64,000 bases of DNA from Octopus vulgaris. Lineage: Eukaryota. Both the position numbers and the translations under genes were made by a program. Below are positions 26,841-40,496 of the stretch, piece after piece. Each line of letters starts with the position of its first letter. The first letter of the stretch is position 1. The stretch spans positions 104,718,001-104,782,000 of the forward strand of contig OX597819.1 of assembly GCA_951406725.2 (NCBI GenBank). The letters are read 5' to 3'. Below the pieces are notes generated by a model. It worked only from the letters and a program-made list of their open reading frames with translations. It was not told the origin of the DNA and did no database searches.

Positions 26841-28554
26841 TACATGGACTAATATTGTTTCGGTTGACAGTAACCACTACTACAACTTTTACAATTGTTT
26901 CTATTGGTATCACTACTATCATCTACATATTAATAGGCTAAGGCCAAAATGCGTTACGCTGTCAAGTGATTAGTCGAAAAGAAATGTGAAGAACGTGAGA
27001 GAGAGAGAGAGATGGGGAGGGAGAGAGAAAGATAAAGACGGAAAAAAGACGAAGAGAGAGAAAGGGGAGAGAGAAGTGTGAATGACGGAAGGTAGGTTAG
27101 CATAGTATTTATTACGTAAAAAAAGAGCTAAATACAATGCATAGCAGGAGGATGAGGCTAAAGAAAGCCAAAACGAGAGAGAAGGATTGAGAAAGAAGGA
27201 AAGAGCCAGAATGAAGGAGAGATAGAAAGAAAGAGGCGAGAGAGCCAGACAGATAGAGAGAGAGAGAGAATGGGAGAAATAAAGAGAGAAAAAGAAAGGG
27301 AGAGGAGAGAGAAAGGGAGGGAGAGAAAGTGGGAGAGGGAGAGCTGGAGAGAGAAAAAAGAGAGAGGTGAGAGAGTAGTGGAGCTATTTCTAACCAATGC
27401 ATTAAGCTGCCATGTGGAAATAAAAGGTGAAAAGAGAGAGAAACGATAACGGTTTGACAGGGGGGATGACATGTTTAAAAGGTTTATTGATGTTGGAGGT
27501 AGAGAGAAGAGGGGGAGAGAAAGCTATAAAGTGTTAAGTAGAGGGAAATTTTAAACATCATAAAAGTATTATTGTGAATAACAAGAAAATAGTATTTTAA
27601 TATTCAGTTTTTTTTATCTTCTATCTGTGGATCTATTTATTTATCGATCCATATCCACAAATACATCGATGGGTCACGAGAGAAGGAATGATAATGATAA
27701 ACATATGAGAGAAAGATGGATTTTTCAACGTAAGTGAAATAACTTAGTTAACTAGATGTAGAAGTTATTTAAGAAGAATTCGAACTTTGTATTGACAGCA
27801 AGAAAGTAGATATAAACAAACAAATGAACTGAAATGAAAGCAAATAATTTTGGTTGGCAAACAATTTTGACTGAGCTTCGTTACTAAAAACTATAATGAT
27901 GGTGCTGGTGGTAATGGCGATGGTGGTGATGATGATGGTGGTGGAGTAGGCGGTGGTGAGTGGAAAGTGAAAAGTGTATTTTAAAAATTTAATTGAACTC
28001 ATTTTTTATATATCACCTATCACTTAATGCATGCGCACGAGTGCAATTATTTATTGTCTAATCGCTTGAAAGTTAATATTTGTTTATACAATATGGATAG
28101 CAGACGATGCAAGCTAGCAAAAAAAATAATAAGACAGTATAAGCAATGACGTAAAGAGAAGCAAGGGTCGAATCGCTAGAACAAGCACGGGAACATTAAA
28201 AAGTATAGAGTGAGTATTTACAAGAGATAAAGGGAACGTGCTCAAGATACAATATAAAATGGGATTCACAGAAAACGTAAAGATATGTAAAGTTGAAAGT
28301 TACAACGTAGTTGATATGAAGATTCCTTGTAATCACTGTAATCTAAGAGATTTATAAATGTGCCTCTGATGTGTTGGGAGAATGGAAAAGTCATGCTCCT
28401 TCAATTACAAACTTCTCCAGAATAAATATATGTATGATAAAACATTACTTGAAAACAGGCAAACGGTGACCACAAGAAGGGCATCCAGCTATACAGAATT
28501 TATCTGATCCATGCAAGCATGAAAAAATGAATGTTTCTGATATCTATATATCTA

Positions 28555-28677
<123 letters not shown>

Positions 28678-28700
28678 CGTTCACATAATGACATAATGTA

Positions 28701-29952
28701 CAGGGTGTGTAAGATATTTGAGGACAGATTTATGTTCATAGAAAACAGATATATAATAACAGATAATAACTTTATCAAAAAAATGCGATGAGGATAAAAA
28801 TAAACATTCTTTTCTATAATGTTACTCAATAGAGCCACCTTCAGCTTCAACAACTGCTTCTATATGACATCTAAATCATCTACATGTTTGAATCAAATGA
28901 CCCTGGTTATTTTGGACATTACTCAGTCTATGGACAGCTTTCATAGAATCTTTGTTGTTATGAAAATGTTCATTAACCTCTCCATTAACAACTTTCCAAA
29001 TATAATAGTCCAATGGATTGAGGTCTGGGGAATTAGGAGGACAAATGTTAGGGCTTATGTGATCATGAAAATTTTTAGCCATCCATTCCTGTGTTACTAG
29101 AGCCATGTGTGATTGTGTAGAGCCTTACTGAAACACATATGGCTTTCACTTGCATGCACTGTCTATCCAGGGTTTATCAGTTATTTCCAGGACCTCAGTG
29201 TAGGCGGCAGAGTTAATTCTACGGCCTTGTGACCTTGTGGAAGGAAGTAAGGAGGCATCTTATGTCCCTCATTTCTGACAACCGCTAAAGCCATGAGAGT
29301 TGCAGAAAAATTTTGTATGCAAACTTCAGAAGGGTCTGCATATAACCATCTGTCATTTCTTCTGTTAAATTTTTTACCTTAGTCGAAGTTTTTCTCGTTT
29401 GAGAAAAACCAAATCAAATATTCATGTGCTGGATTTTTTAGTTTTGTTTAAGAGCCTTTAAGATCTGATGTAGTGATTTTCTTTCGCTTTTTCTGACAAA
29501 TTGACTTTTCCTCATTATATAAGATTATACATAAGATCTGATATAAGATTATATAAGATCTGATGTCTTCGTGGATAAAATTTCTGACTGTTCCTTCTGA
29601 CACATGGAAATGTCTTGCAGTTGATATCATGGACTTTCTGTCATTGTAATCAATGGTCTGATGGACTTGCTTGACAAATTAAGGTGTTCTGATGATTTCA
29701 GAGCGCTTAGAATGCTTTTAATGCTTTCATACTGGTGATACGTTTCTATCTTCATTCTCTAGCTTCTTACAAACTTTGTAGACGAAAGATCTAGCAACTT
29801 TTAAAACTCGAGATATTTCTAAATCACAGTGCTCTGCTTTTATAACCACAATAACATTACTTGAGTAAGCTGAAGGTTTGCCATTATTATTTTCTGAAAG
29901 ATTATATAGAGTGAGCAAAAAAGATATGTCCTGAAATACCTTACGCACCATG
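28701..29952 (-). mobile_element. IS630-Tc1-mariner element, DD37D/maT-like, decayed
   Basis: TIRs CAGGGTGTGTAAGATATTTGAGGAC and GTCCTGAAATACCTTACGCACCATG with TA flanks. Motif PPNSPDLNPLDYYIW is present. Confidence 0.85.
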
Positions 29953-30648
29953 TATGTATCTCTCTACATATACATATATACATACATCATGTTGACAATA
30001 TTTTCATCTGAGACGTTGCAAACGTTTCTGATGCTTCAAGTGCTTCAATTCTGTATATATGCATTTACTAGAATGCTGACATATAGCAGTTTTTTTCTCT
30101 CGTTGATATGCCATTTTCTATCATTAATAAAACTGTCGGTATTTTCGGCGACATAGGAATACTAGTTGTTAAATTTTTTTTTTTTTTTGCAATATATATA
30201 ATTAGCCTCTGTCCAGAAATGGAGCCCTATTATAGTACTTATTAAGAATGGTTCTAATCAGTGAACTCAGTGAAACTTAGTGAACCTGTTGTTAGGTCTA
30301 CCAACGAAATGGGGCTAACGACTACTTATAGAAAGTCATACAAACTATTTTATCTCTCCTTTCACCAAACAGAAATGATTTCTTTTGCAAATTTATGTAA
30401 ATGTCTATCTGAATGAATTCTAATGATTTAAACACTGTTGAAATATGTTACAGCTCAAGCATCGAAAACATTTGAAAGGATCATTTACAACTAGATTTTA
30501 TCAATTTATCCGATGTGGATATTAGTGGTTTTGATGGTTTATCCAACGACTCTTTAGAAGTAGATCGATTCCGGCCATAGTAACTAACTCTCTGTTGAAG
30601 GAAATGTACACCTTAACATAAAATCATTGACAGAAAACTATGTTCGCA

Positions 30649-30838
30649 AGGCGGCGAGCTGGCAGAAACGTTAGCACGCCGGGCGAAATGCTTAGCGGTA
30701 TTTTGTCTGCCGCTACGTTCTGAGTTCAAATTCCGCCGAGGTCGACTTTGGGGTAGATAAATTAAGTACCAGTTGCGTACTAATCGAATGGCCTCCTTCC
30801 CAAAAATTTCAGGCCTTGTTCCTAGAGTAGAAAAGAAT
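30649..30838 (+). mobile_element. SINE (Nin/Deu-domain family), internally deleted
   Basis: Head GGCGGCGAGCTGGCAGAAACGTTAGCACG and tail CTAGAGTAGAAAAGAAT. Confidence 0.85.
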
Positions 30839-30999
30839 ACTACTTTGGATAATGATAATCTTTATTTTTTTTGTATTACTTATTTCAGGTGCTAGACTGC
30901 GGCCATGCAGAGGCGCCGTCTTGAATAATTTTTGTCGAACGAATGGACCCCAGTATTTATATGTTTTTAAACTTCGTATTCATTCTACGAATTGAAGAA

Positions 31000-32250
31000 A
31001 ATTCATAGGTATCCTATGGAAAGAAAGTTTGTAGGGATTGTTAACATTCCAAGTGAAGTGTGGAATCACGTTGGAGAAGCCAGAATAGTTATACATACAA
31101 ATATGTACAATAAGACTATTGAACAAGCTCGTTGGAGCGCTGCAAAGATCGAGTGCTTCCTAAGAAAGACAATCTGCAACTATATCAAAGCATGAGTCAC
31201 TAGGAGACCTTAAACAATAAATATAACCGAACAACAGGTAAGATCCCATAAAGTCACAAGTAATACTCAACAGATAATCAAACTGTGTGCCTTCTTCTAG
31301 AAATACCTTTACATCTTAGAGCTAGATCTTTCGTTTTCTCATAAAATTAAGGAAGAAATTAGATAATAGTATAGCGTGATGGTTTACGGGACACTATGAA
31401 GAAAGTGTCCTACTACCATAGGAACTGGTAGTGCTAACTATTCTTCATCACTTCTCAATTTCTTCCTGGAGATAATTATATTCAGATCTCTTGGGAGTAA
31501 GGAGACTTAAATCTTCCGACAGCATTGACGGGCAGAAGCAAGGGAGATGGAATAGGTTGAACGAGTTTGCACAATCGGTCATGTGCCAGATCATCCAAAC
31601 TTTTAACAAACACTAACGTTTTCATCAACACAAAATGCTGTGTTCAAGGACAGGAACTTCAGGTAATGCAGAAGATATGGTATTATGCATCACTGCAATA
31701 ACCATACTCTAGTTAAAATGGATAGATAGGAATACATCGATGAAGAACAAGGTCAAAATCTTGCGAACCCTGGTACTCGGTACTCTCATTTTTATTGAAT
31801 GCATGTGAGGAATGAAATGTTATAGGCACGTATGCAGAGACATGCATCCACATAGAAGCGAGCCCTCAGACATAGATACAACGGAACCTAACATATTCAT
31901 GGACGTTTAGATACAGAGACAAATAAAGATAGACCACAAATGGATACGAATCCTCATAGATACAGAAACAGGGATTCTCCCAGAGGTATAGGCCCTCACA
32001 AATAGAGACACTGTGAGAGAGGCAGACTATAGAAACGAGTTGTCAAGACAACGCTTTAGGCATCTTGTGGCTGGACCATATCACAAATGAACAGGGTCAC
32101 AACAACATCCGGCCCCTGGTAGTCATGAATTTCCCATCACAATGTTGAAGAAAGTAACTAGACATTGTGACCTTGGTCCATTCTTTAAAGGAGTATGAAG
32201 AAGAGAATAACGAAAAGTGGACAACAATGTAGAGACAAAATTAATGAAGG
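31000..32250 (+). mobile_element. highly decayed RTE-type LINE
   Basis: Remnants DRNTSMKNKVKILRTLV and LGILWLDHITNE resemble RTE C-terminal motifs. Boundaries are uncertain. Confidence 0.5.
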
Positions 32251-32515
32251 TACTGACAAACCATTAGCGGTGGTTTAGTATCTGGCACACAGCAGTTAAT
32301 ATATTACAATCTCACAAGATATCATAAATTTGTGAGAGGCATTTTGTCTTCTAATTGTGAGCATAATTTCAGGTAAAGAAAATTTTGCAAACATAGCTTT
32401 ACGTATATATGCATATAATAGACATCACTCCTCTAAATATTTCCTCTTTACCATAGTGTGCGCGTGTGTGTCCTTGTGAAGAATTATCAAGAAGAATTAT
32501 AGATTGCATACGCAC

Positions 32516-32679
32516 TCAAAGTTTACTATTCGTGGTACCGTTGACTACAACATCAGCTTTCTCCTCAGAGACCTCACAGTCGGGCAAGTCAACGGCTAGG
32601 ATCCATTGTAAAACCTCTGGCAAATAATTCTTGAATGCTCTTCGTGTAATGTAGTCAAGAATTGAAATGACGTATATTG
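32516..32679 (-). CDS. candidate terminal coding exon of an unidentified membrane protein, ending SKL-stop
   Basis: Acceptor CCTCCTTTGTTCAG, then open frame IYVISILDYITRRAFKNYLPEVLQWILAVDLPDCEVSEEKADVVVNGTTNSKL*. Phase is compatible with exon 38751-38807. Confidence 0.55.
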
Positions 32680-32759
32680 CTGAACAAAGGAGGTAATTCA
32701 GAAATAAAATCTAATTGAATGTGCCGCAGAGTTGAAGCTTCAATTCCAAGTCAATTCAA

Positions 32760-32790
<31 letters not shown>

Positions 32791-33164
32791 TGTATGTATG
32801 TATGTTTTTATGCATGCATGCGTGTACGTGTGTGGTGTGAGTGCATTTATAGTATATTCATCTATCCATTCATATTCCTCCCTTACTATTCCGGAAAGGG
32901 TCGTGGTTTATATATTGCTCAAGCAAACGCTGTTTCCAAAGGGTCCTATCTCAGGCAACCGTCATTGCACTTTCCGGCTGGATTGCCAACCGTGACCAGC
33001 TGAGACTATGATAATATCCAAACACCTAAATCTACTGTCCGCTGGCTAAGCTTAAAGAATCTGTCTTCGGAGCCTTCCCTTCGACATTCTAATCACGTTT
33101 CGCTAGTAGCCGGGCTATAATCTCCCATTACAGACGAGTAGCAACGTAATCTGGAGAAAATTCC

Positions 33165-33553
<389 letters not shown>

Positions 33554-33559
33554 TGTATC

Positions 33560-33945
33560 AATCTTTTTTTAGCTATGCTGGTAGTTGAGTGCTGATACTT
33601 CCAAGCGCGTCTATCGCTATTGGCTTCCCGTCCACTTTCTTCATTGCCCACAACCTACGTATTTCCTACTTCAAGTCATCACGGTTGTTCACTTTTTCTT
33701 CTTTCTCTTTGATCCTGTTGTCACCAGGACATGCTATGCCGATTATCAAGCATATTTTTTTTGTTTATTTTCTACTCACCACAATAATGTCAGGTTTCCG
33801 ATGTCTAATCTGATGGTGGCATTGAATCATTGCATCTCACAGGATTTTGTAAACCTCATTCTCAGTAACTCTCTTTGGGTTTTGGTCATACCATGTTTTT
33901 GATCTTTCTCGGCCATAATTTTCACAAAGCTCCCAATGGATCATT
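33560..33945 (-). mobile_element. Dong/R4 restriction-like endonuclease fragment
   Basis: WYDQNPKRVTENEVYKIL*D...HRKPDIIVV is homologous to WYRHTPEKVTENEKATILWD...NRPDIVV in ORF 60140-60730. Confidence 0.7.
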
Positions 33946-34004
33946 ATCATCATCATCATTGTTGTTGTTGGTGTTGTTGTTAATATTACTGTTGTTAACG
34001 CACT

Positions 34005-34405
34005 GAGGTGGTAGAATCTTTACTACGCCGGACAAAATAGTTAGTGGCATTTCGTCCGTCTTTGCGTTGTGAGTTCAAATGCCACTGAAGTCGACCTTAC
34101 CTTTCCAACTTTCGGGGTCGTTAAAATAAGTAGCAATCTAAGCGCTCAGATCGATGTGATCGACTTATCACCTCTTCCAAACTTGCTGACCTTGTGCCAA
34201 AATTCAAAACCAATAAAGGTGGCGAACTGGCAGAGTCGTTAGCTTGCGAGGCAAAATGCTTAGTGGTGTGTTCAAACTCTGCCAAGGTCAACTTTGCATT
34301 TCATCCTTTCGGGGACGGTGAAATAAGTGCCACTTACGCACTGGGGTCGATGTAATCAACTTATCTCCTTCCTTCGAATTGCTGGCCTTATGCCAAAATT
34401 TGAAA
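34005..34405 (+). mobile_element. two decayed Nin/Deu-domain SINE copies
   Basis: Units ~34005-34215 and ~34217-34405, both ending CTTGTGCCAAAATT-like. A further head fragment lies at 34617-34698. Confidence 0.75.
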
Positions 34406-34428
34406 TCATTATTATTATTATTATTATT

Positions 34429-34560
34429 CAGTAGTTTTATTTTTATAGCGTGCTTTCACTTCACTACCGAGCGCAGCTCTGTGTGCCTTGGGTATGTGCT
34501 GTGATTTGTTGTGATGCTCTGATGGTTATTGTATGGAAAGTGTTCTGCGTAGGATGTGTG

Positions 34561-34561
<1 letters not shown>
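34429..34561 (-). mobile_element. short 3' end of Dong/R4 element inserted in (TAA)n
   Basis: Nearly identical to 59948-60081, with (ATT)n on both sides. Confidence 0.9.
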
Positions 34562-34612
<51 letters not shown>

Positions 34613-34696
34613 GCGAAGGCGGCCAGCTGTCAGAATCGTTAGCACGCTAGTCGAAATGCTTAGCGGTATTTCGCCCGTCGCTACGTTCTGAGTTCA

Positions 34697-34729
<33 letters not shown>

Positions 34730-34730
34730 A

Positions 34731-34855
<125 letters not shown>

Positions 34856-34869
34856 TTATTTATATATAT

Positions 34870-34922
<53 letters not shown>

Positions 34923-34931
34923 TATATTTAT

Positions 34932-35312
34932 ACGAGCAAAACACCACCCGTTCAATGGACGGTGCTTAGTTGTCAAACCAAATTTGAGACTTTTGGGGTC
35001 TCTTAAATATACTGCATTTTGTGGCATTATTTCAAGCAAACCGGGTTTTTTTGCGCAAACTGCATGTGCATTTTTCTCGCGTAGTATCGATCGCAAGAGC
35101 TGATGTACTTGCGCGTACAAATGCACGTTCCCATGGCTTTATCTATCGCATTCTCACCTGGAATCAATTTTTGTAATGTTTTCAAGACTTATACAGGCCC
35201 TGATACCGTCGGTATCTACATTTCAAATTTGAGCGCAATCGGATGGAGGATGCCCGAGATCCTAAAAGACACACATACAGGCAGACAGAATGGATTTTTT
35301 ATAGTAGATATA
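34932..35312 (-). mobile_element. non-autonomous Helitron-like element
   Basis: Minus strand begins TCTACTATAAAAA with CTGTCTG, and ends with hairpin CCGTCCATTGAACGG then CTCG|T. Confidence 0.5.
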
Positions 35313-35375
35313 AGATATATATGTATATATATAAAACTTATATATATCTATTTAAATAAATTTATATATATATAA

Positions 35376-35420
<45 letters not shown>

Positions 35421-35939
35421 AACAATTTGTTTTAAATCTCTGAGCCAGAGATACTCAGTAACAGTGCCGAAAAGTTTATATGCCAAGAGAATGTGGAAGT
35501 CTTATAAAGGACGATGTTACTGTAGTTTTAGCCCCAGGAAAACATTTTTTTCAGCTGGCCACCGACACACGGTCTGTGTCCGCATAGCATTTGCAAGGGA
35601 AGTCATCGCTCTCTTCTCTCACCTTACGAGATACTCACAGAACTAGGTTTCTCGGTGGTTACTCAGCTGTTACGGCATTAACTAACGGCGTCAAACATTG
35701 TCACATGACATTAAAGAACGAACGTATCGGAGAACTTACAATAATTTCTAAAACAGATACTGCTTGTGCCATGTTCTCTCTATCTAAACTTTTGAAAATC
35801 AGGGAAATGTTTGAAACCAATTAAGTCTTTACAAATTAAAAAATAGAAAATCTAGAAGAATCCCAGTGCAAATTCAACTTAGTTGGTCTATATTTGTACA
35901 CATGTGGAATAAAGTGACTTTTTTTTCTCTCTCTATCTC

Positions 35940-35981
<42 letters not shown>

Positions 35982-36072
35982 ATTTTGAAGTGATGTACAG
36001 ATATTGTATATTGAGAATAATAAGGTAGTCAGAATGTTGGATGATTATATATATATATATAGTTTTATTTAT

Positions 36073-36112
36073 ATTTTTAGCGCTTTCTTCCGTTATCGGA
36101 TTAATCAAAAAT
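36073..36112 (-). ncRNA. decayed hammerhead-like motif
   Basis: AUUUU-UUGAUUA-UCCG-AUAA-CGGA-A-GAAAG-CG-CUA-AAAAU (approximate parse): stems and palindromic AGCGCU retained, core mutated. Confidence 0.35.
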
Positions 36113-36179
36113 GTGGTTTATTGTAAGTTTACTTCGCCTTTTTATATAAAACTGAAACTGATGATGTTTTAGAAAGAAA

Positions 36180-36212
<33 letters not shown>

Positions 36213-36440
36213 TAAGAGAGGGGGAAAGAGAGGAACAAAGTAGAGGTAAAATTCAAGATCTTGCCTCCTATAAATGCTCAAACTTCAGAAAACCAATGGA
36301 ATTATATTTCATAAAGAAGTTCTCACCGAAATTAAACGGTTAATTTGGAAATATGTGGATGAGGAAAATTCAAGCAACGCAGATCATATTTATGAGTTTT
36401 TTAAAAGAAATCCTGCGCCAAGAATGTAAATAAAAATGTT

Positions 36441-36594
36441 GCTATGTGGTAAGTAGCTTGCTTACCAACCACACGGTTCCGGGTTCAGTCCCACTGCGTG
36501 GCATCTTGGGCAAGTGTCTTCTACTATAGCCCCAGACCGACCAAATCCTTGTAAGTTTATTTGGTAGACGGAAACTAAAAGAAGCCTGTCGTGT

Positions 36595-36639
<45 letters not shown>

Positions 36640-36849
36640 TGTGCCTGTGTTTATCCCCCAAAACATCGCTTGACAACTGATGTTAGTGTGTTTACGTCAC
36701 CGTAACTTAACGGTTCGGCAAAAGAGACTGGTAGAATAAGAAATAGGCTTACAAAGAATATGTCCTGGGGTCGATTTGTTCGACTAAAAGTAGTGTTCCA
36801 GCATGGCCGCAGTCAAATGACTGAAACACATAAAAGAATAAAAGGAATA
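36441..36849 (+). mobile_element. tRNA-derived SINE
   Basis: Same family as 51591-52015. Confidence 0.9.
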
Positions 36850-36878
36850 ACCATCCAACATTCTGACTACCTTATTAT

Positions 36879-36920
<42 letters not shown>

Positions 36921-36977
36921 ACTCTCTCTCTCTCTCTGTCTCTCTCTCTCTATATATATATACATACATATATATAT

Positions 36978-37080
<103 letters not shown>

Positions 37081-37927
37081 TTTCTCTCCTTCCTTCCTGA
37101 GCGTCCAATAATACTATATTTGTTCCATGTCCTCGCGTTGTTGTGTTTTCTCTATGTGTTTTCATGTTTGGATTAACTTTATATATAGAGAGAGAATACC
37201 AAACGAGTTCCCTATGGATACCGTATTTATTACAAGTCACGAGTTGTAATAAATACGGTATCCATAGGGAATGAGTTTGGTATTTTATTTATTACACACG
37301 AATAAACGACCATATTTTATTAACCCAATAACTAAATTCTTCACATCGTGTTGAAGCGCGCATGAATACAGCTTGATTTCACGTCAGTGACGTCACAATG
37401 TGTAACTGTAAAAGATGTCATGCCGCAGGAAGATAGTCCGACTTTATAGCGCTAAGTTTTCAGGTGAAATGACTGATAACTGATGACTGTTTAACATTTT
37501 GTTAACATTCAAGTTCACGTTCAAGAAATACATAACACAGATTGAATCTTCAATAACTTTAATAATACTCAAACCTGTTTTCGAGTAGCAATGTCAGTCA
37601 GAGTAGAACAGAGGAAATATGTTGTGATTTTTTTGGCAACAAAAAATTGAATTACCACCAGAAATGTTTATATTTTATGTGTATATGACTTTAAGTGATA
37701 TCTGGTATAAAAAAGATAGTATGTTTGTTTAATTACATGGCTACATTCTACCTGCTCGTGAAAGTAATGAATGAAGTTTAGTTGTAACTTATGAATGACA
37801 AAAGTAGTGCCGTCACCGTGACCTAGGGTCATCACCATGGATTGACCAATCAGAAGCAGCGCTCACAGTATCTGACATATGTTAGATACCAAAAATATCT
37901 CAAAGTGTTCTCACTCACATGTGTGTA

Positions 37928-38008
<81 letters not shown>

Positions 38009-38750
38009 GGAACAAAAATGCAGTAGAGGACAATAAAACATTCGGTCGGGCAGACGATACAAAAGCGGACAGGAGAACAGGAGAAACAACAATGAAAAGG
38101 ACAGGAAAAGAAAAAAAAACACGGGTCATTAATGACCTTCTTTCATCAGTGAAGTTTACAAGAAGTTGTTACTGTTTCGGGCAGTTATAATTGAGACAGT
38201 TGACTTGGTTGCCTCACAAAAAGTCTAAGCTAGGAGCATTAGATTTTTTTTCCAAGAAACCTAGCGAATGTATACGGCAACAAAGTTAAAAAACGGAGAA
38301 CATGGTACGCAATTACAAATACAATCAACAAGAAAAATAACAACATGAGTATTTCGACTGAGAACTAATCAAATTGAGCTGGCGTGTATGAAGTGAAAGC
38401 TTAAAGGGAGGAACATAGGAGATGAACATAAGAGATGTTGGCGGTCGGCAGAGAGAGAGAGAGAGAGAATGAGAGATAGAGAGAGAGAAAGTGAAAAGAT
38501 GAGAGGGTGAGAGAGAAATCGAGTGAAATAGAAAGATATATAGAGAAGCAGATAGACAGACACATAGATATTGATAAACAAATATATAGATGAGGCACAA
38601 ATAAAAATTGTCTAGATCATATTATTGAAACAATATGTGTGGGAATGGGAATGTGTGCCAGTTTATATGTGTATGTGTGTTTATATATTTTAAAATCCCA
38701 AATGTATGTATTTATGAGCGTGAAGGAAAAAATAAAATATCACTACTTAC

Positions 38751-38807
38751 CAACAGTAAGAAAACATATAGATATAAAATATATCATTGTATTTATTCGT
38801 GTTGAAC
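38751..38807 (-). CDS. candidate internal exon (57 bp, phase 1-1), hydrophobic
   Basis: Acceptor CACATTTTAG, donor G|GTAAGT; encodes STRINTMIYFISICFLTV. Confidence 0.55.
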
Positions 38808-39031
38808 CTAAAATGTGATGGTGTTATACCCTTGTATCTGCTCTGACCTATGGCTTATATAATAATGAAAAAACTACATAACAGATGTTTACCTAATTAA
38901 CACCTAATAACATTGATGTAAAACATATACATTGAAAATTTATTGTGACAATCTGTATGATTTAGATGATATATCTATATTTTTCACTGCTAAAAAGCAA
39001 ACAAACGAAATTAATTTATGTATCCACTTGC

Positions 39032-39100
39032 CGAAGAAATACACATACATTAACATTAAATGACTTTCATGACAAAACATTAGTATACATGCAGAGATAT
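39032..39100 (-). CDS. candidate internal exon with GC donor (alternative start 39115)
   Basis: Acceptor CACTTATCAG, donor G|GCAAGT; encodes ISACILMFCHESHLMLMYVYFF, phase 1-1. Confidence 0.4.
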
Positions 39101-39210
39101 CTGATAAGTGTTTATCTATAAACCGCCCCACATGATCATTCATAATAATTTATGTTCTCATATGCATTGCACTGTCACATTCATAAATACAGACAGACAC
39201 ACATGCACAT

Positions 39211-39260
<50 letters not shown>

Positions 39261-39319
39261 TCAAATATATTTGTATATATTCATATATATATATATATTA
39301 TATATATATATATATATTA

Positions 39320-39350
<31 letters not shown>

Positions 39351-39356
39351 ATATAC

Positions 39357-39651
39357 GGAGGCGCAATGGCCCAGTGGTTAGGGCAGCGGACTCGCGGCTC
39401 GGAGGATCGCGGTTTCGATTCCCAGACCGAGAGTTGTGTGGTGTGTTTATTGAGCGAAAACACCTAAAAGCTCCACGAGGCTCCGGCAGGGGGGGGGGGG
39501 TGATACCTGCTGTACTCTTTCACCACTCTTTCGTCTGTTGCCCTGCTCGCTTAGCCAGCGGGGTGGCGTCGTTCGAAGGCTAAAACAATGCGAACGCATT
39601 ATGACCAGCGATGTGTAGCAACATCTGATGGTCAGTCACGTGATCACGTGA
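39357..39651 (+). mobile_element. tRNA-Arg-like SINE (octopus OR-type)
   Basis: A box TGGCCCAGTGG, anticodon-like CTCG, B box GGTTTCGATTCC. Head is shared with 53972. Confidence 0.8.
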
Positions 39652-39903
39652 TATATATATATATACACACATTTCGTTTTTGAATTTGGTTTGCAAGTTC
39701 GTGTGTTGAAGCATATTCTGTTGTGTCTGGGGAGAGTCATTCTCTTTTAGTGCCTTATTATTTAACACACTCACCGGTAAAATTTCCACTTACTTTTATT
39801 TTCTAAAGTTTTCGTTGCGTCTTGCAACCTTTTCAATAGTCTTGATTCTGTTCGTTATATACACTGCGTTCCCTTTTGTTAGTTTGTGCGCATGTGCGTG
39901 TGT

Positions 39904-39944
<41 letters not shown>

Positions 39945-40496
39945 TGTGTCTGTGTGTGGGTGTGTGCCTATACATGCGTACATGTACGTATGTATGTGTG
40001 TGTGTTTGCATGTGTATGTATATATGTGTGCGTATGTATGTATGTATGTATGTATGTATGTATGTATGTATGTGCATCTGTATGTACGTATCCTGCATAT
40101 TTATGTGCTTTCCTGTCCGTGTTTGTGTATTTTCTACGTATGTGTGTGTGTGAGCTTGTGTTTATTTATGTATGCACCTCTGTCTCCCTGTGTGTGCATA
40201 TCTGTGTGTGTGTTATGTAACTATGTACCATGTTTGTATGTATGGATGTGCATCTTTATATGTGTGGATCCGTGTCTCCATATGTGTCTGTTCTTTTAAC
40301 CTATGTACCTATCCGTCTGTATGTTGATCTGTTTACTTACATATCTAAATGCTTACATACAGAAATAAAAAAATGAAAAAATAAAAAATAAGAAATATAA
40401 AAATAAAAAAATATAAAAATATAACAAAAGCAAAACATAATAATGATTTTAAAAAGGGCATACACACACACACTCACACCCACATACATATATACA

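Noticed and set aside
32887-33150. Segment bounded by splice-like signals on the minus strand
   Set aside because: Stops in all three frames.
35740-35790. Possible exon (RENMAQAVSVLEII) with GTAAGT donor
   Set aside because: Its phase-0 donor is incompatible with the phase-1 terminal exon, and it is too short to support independently.
38120-38225. Minus-strand GAAAC and CTGATGA close together
   Set aside because: No consistent stems I-III could be built in any HHR topology; at most a very decayed remnant.
39805-39845. Minus-strand CUAUUGA...GUUGC-AAGAC-GCAAC-GAAA hairpin
   Set aside because: The core deviates at catalytic positions and there is no clear stem I or cleavage triplet.
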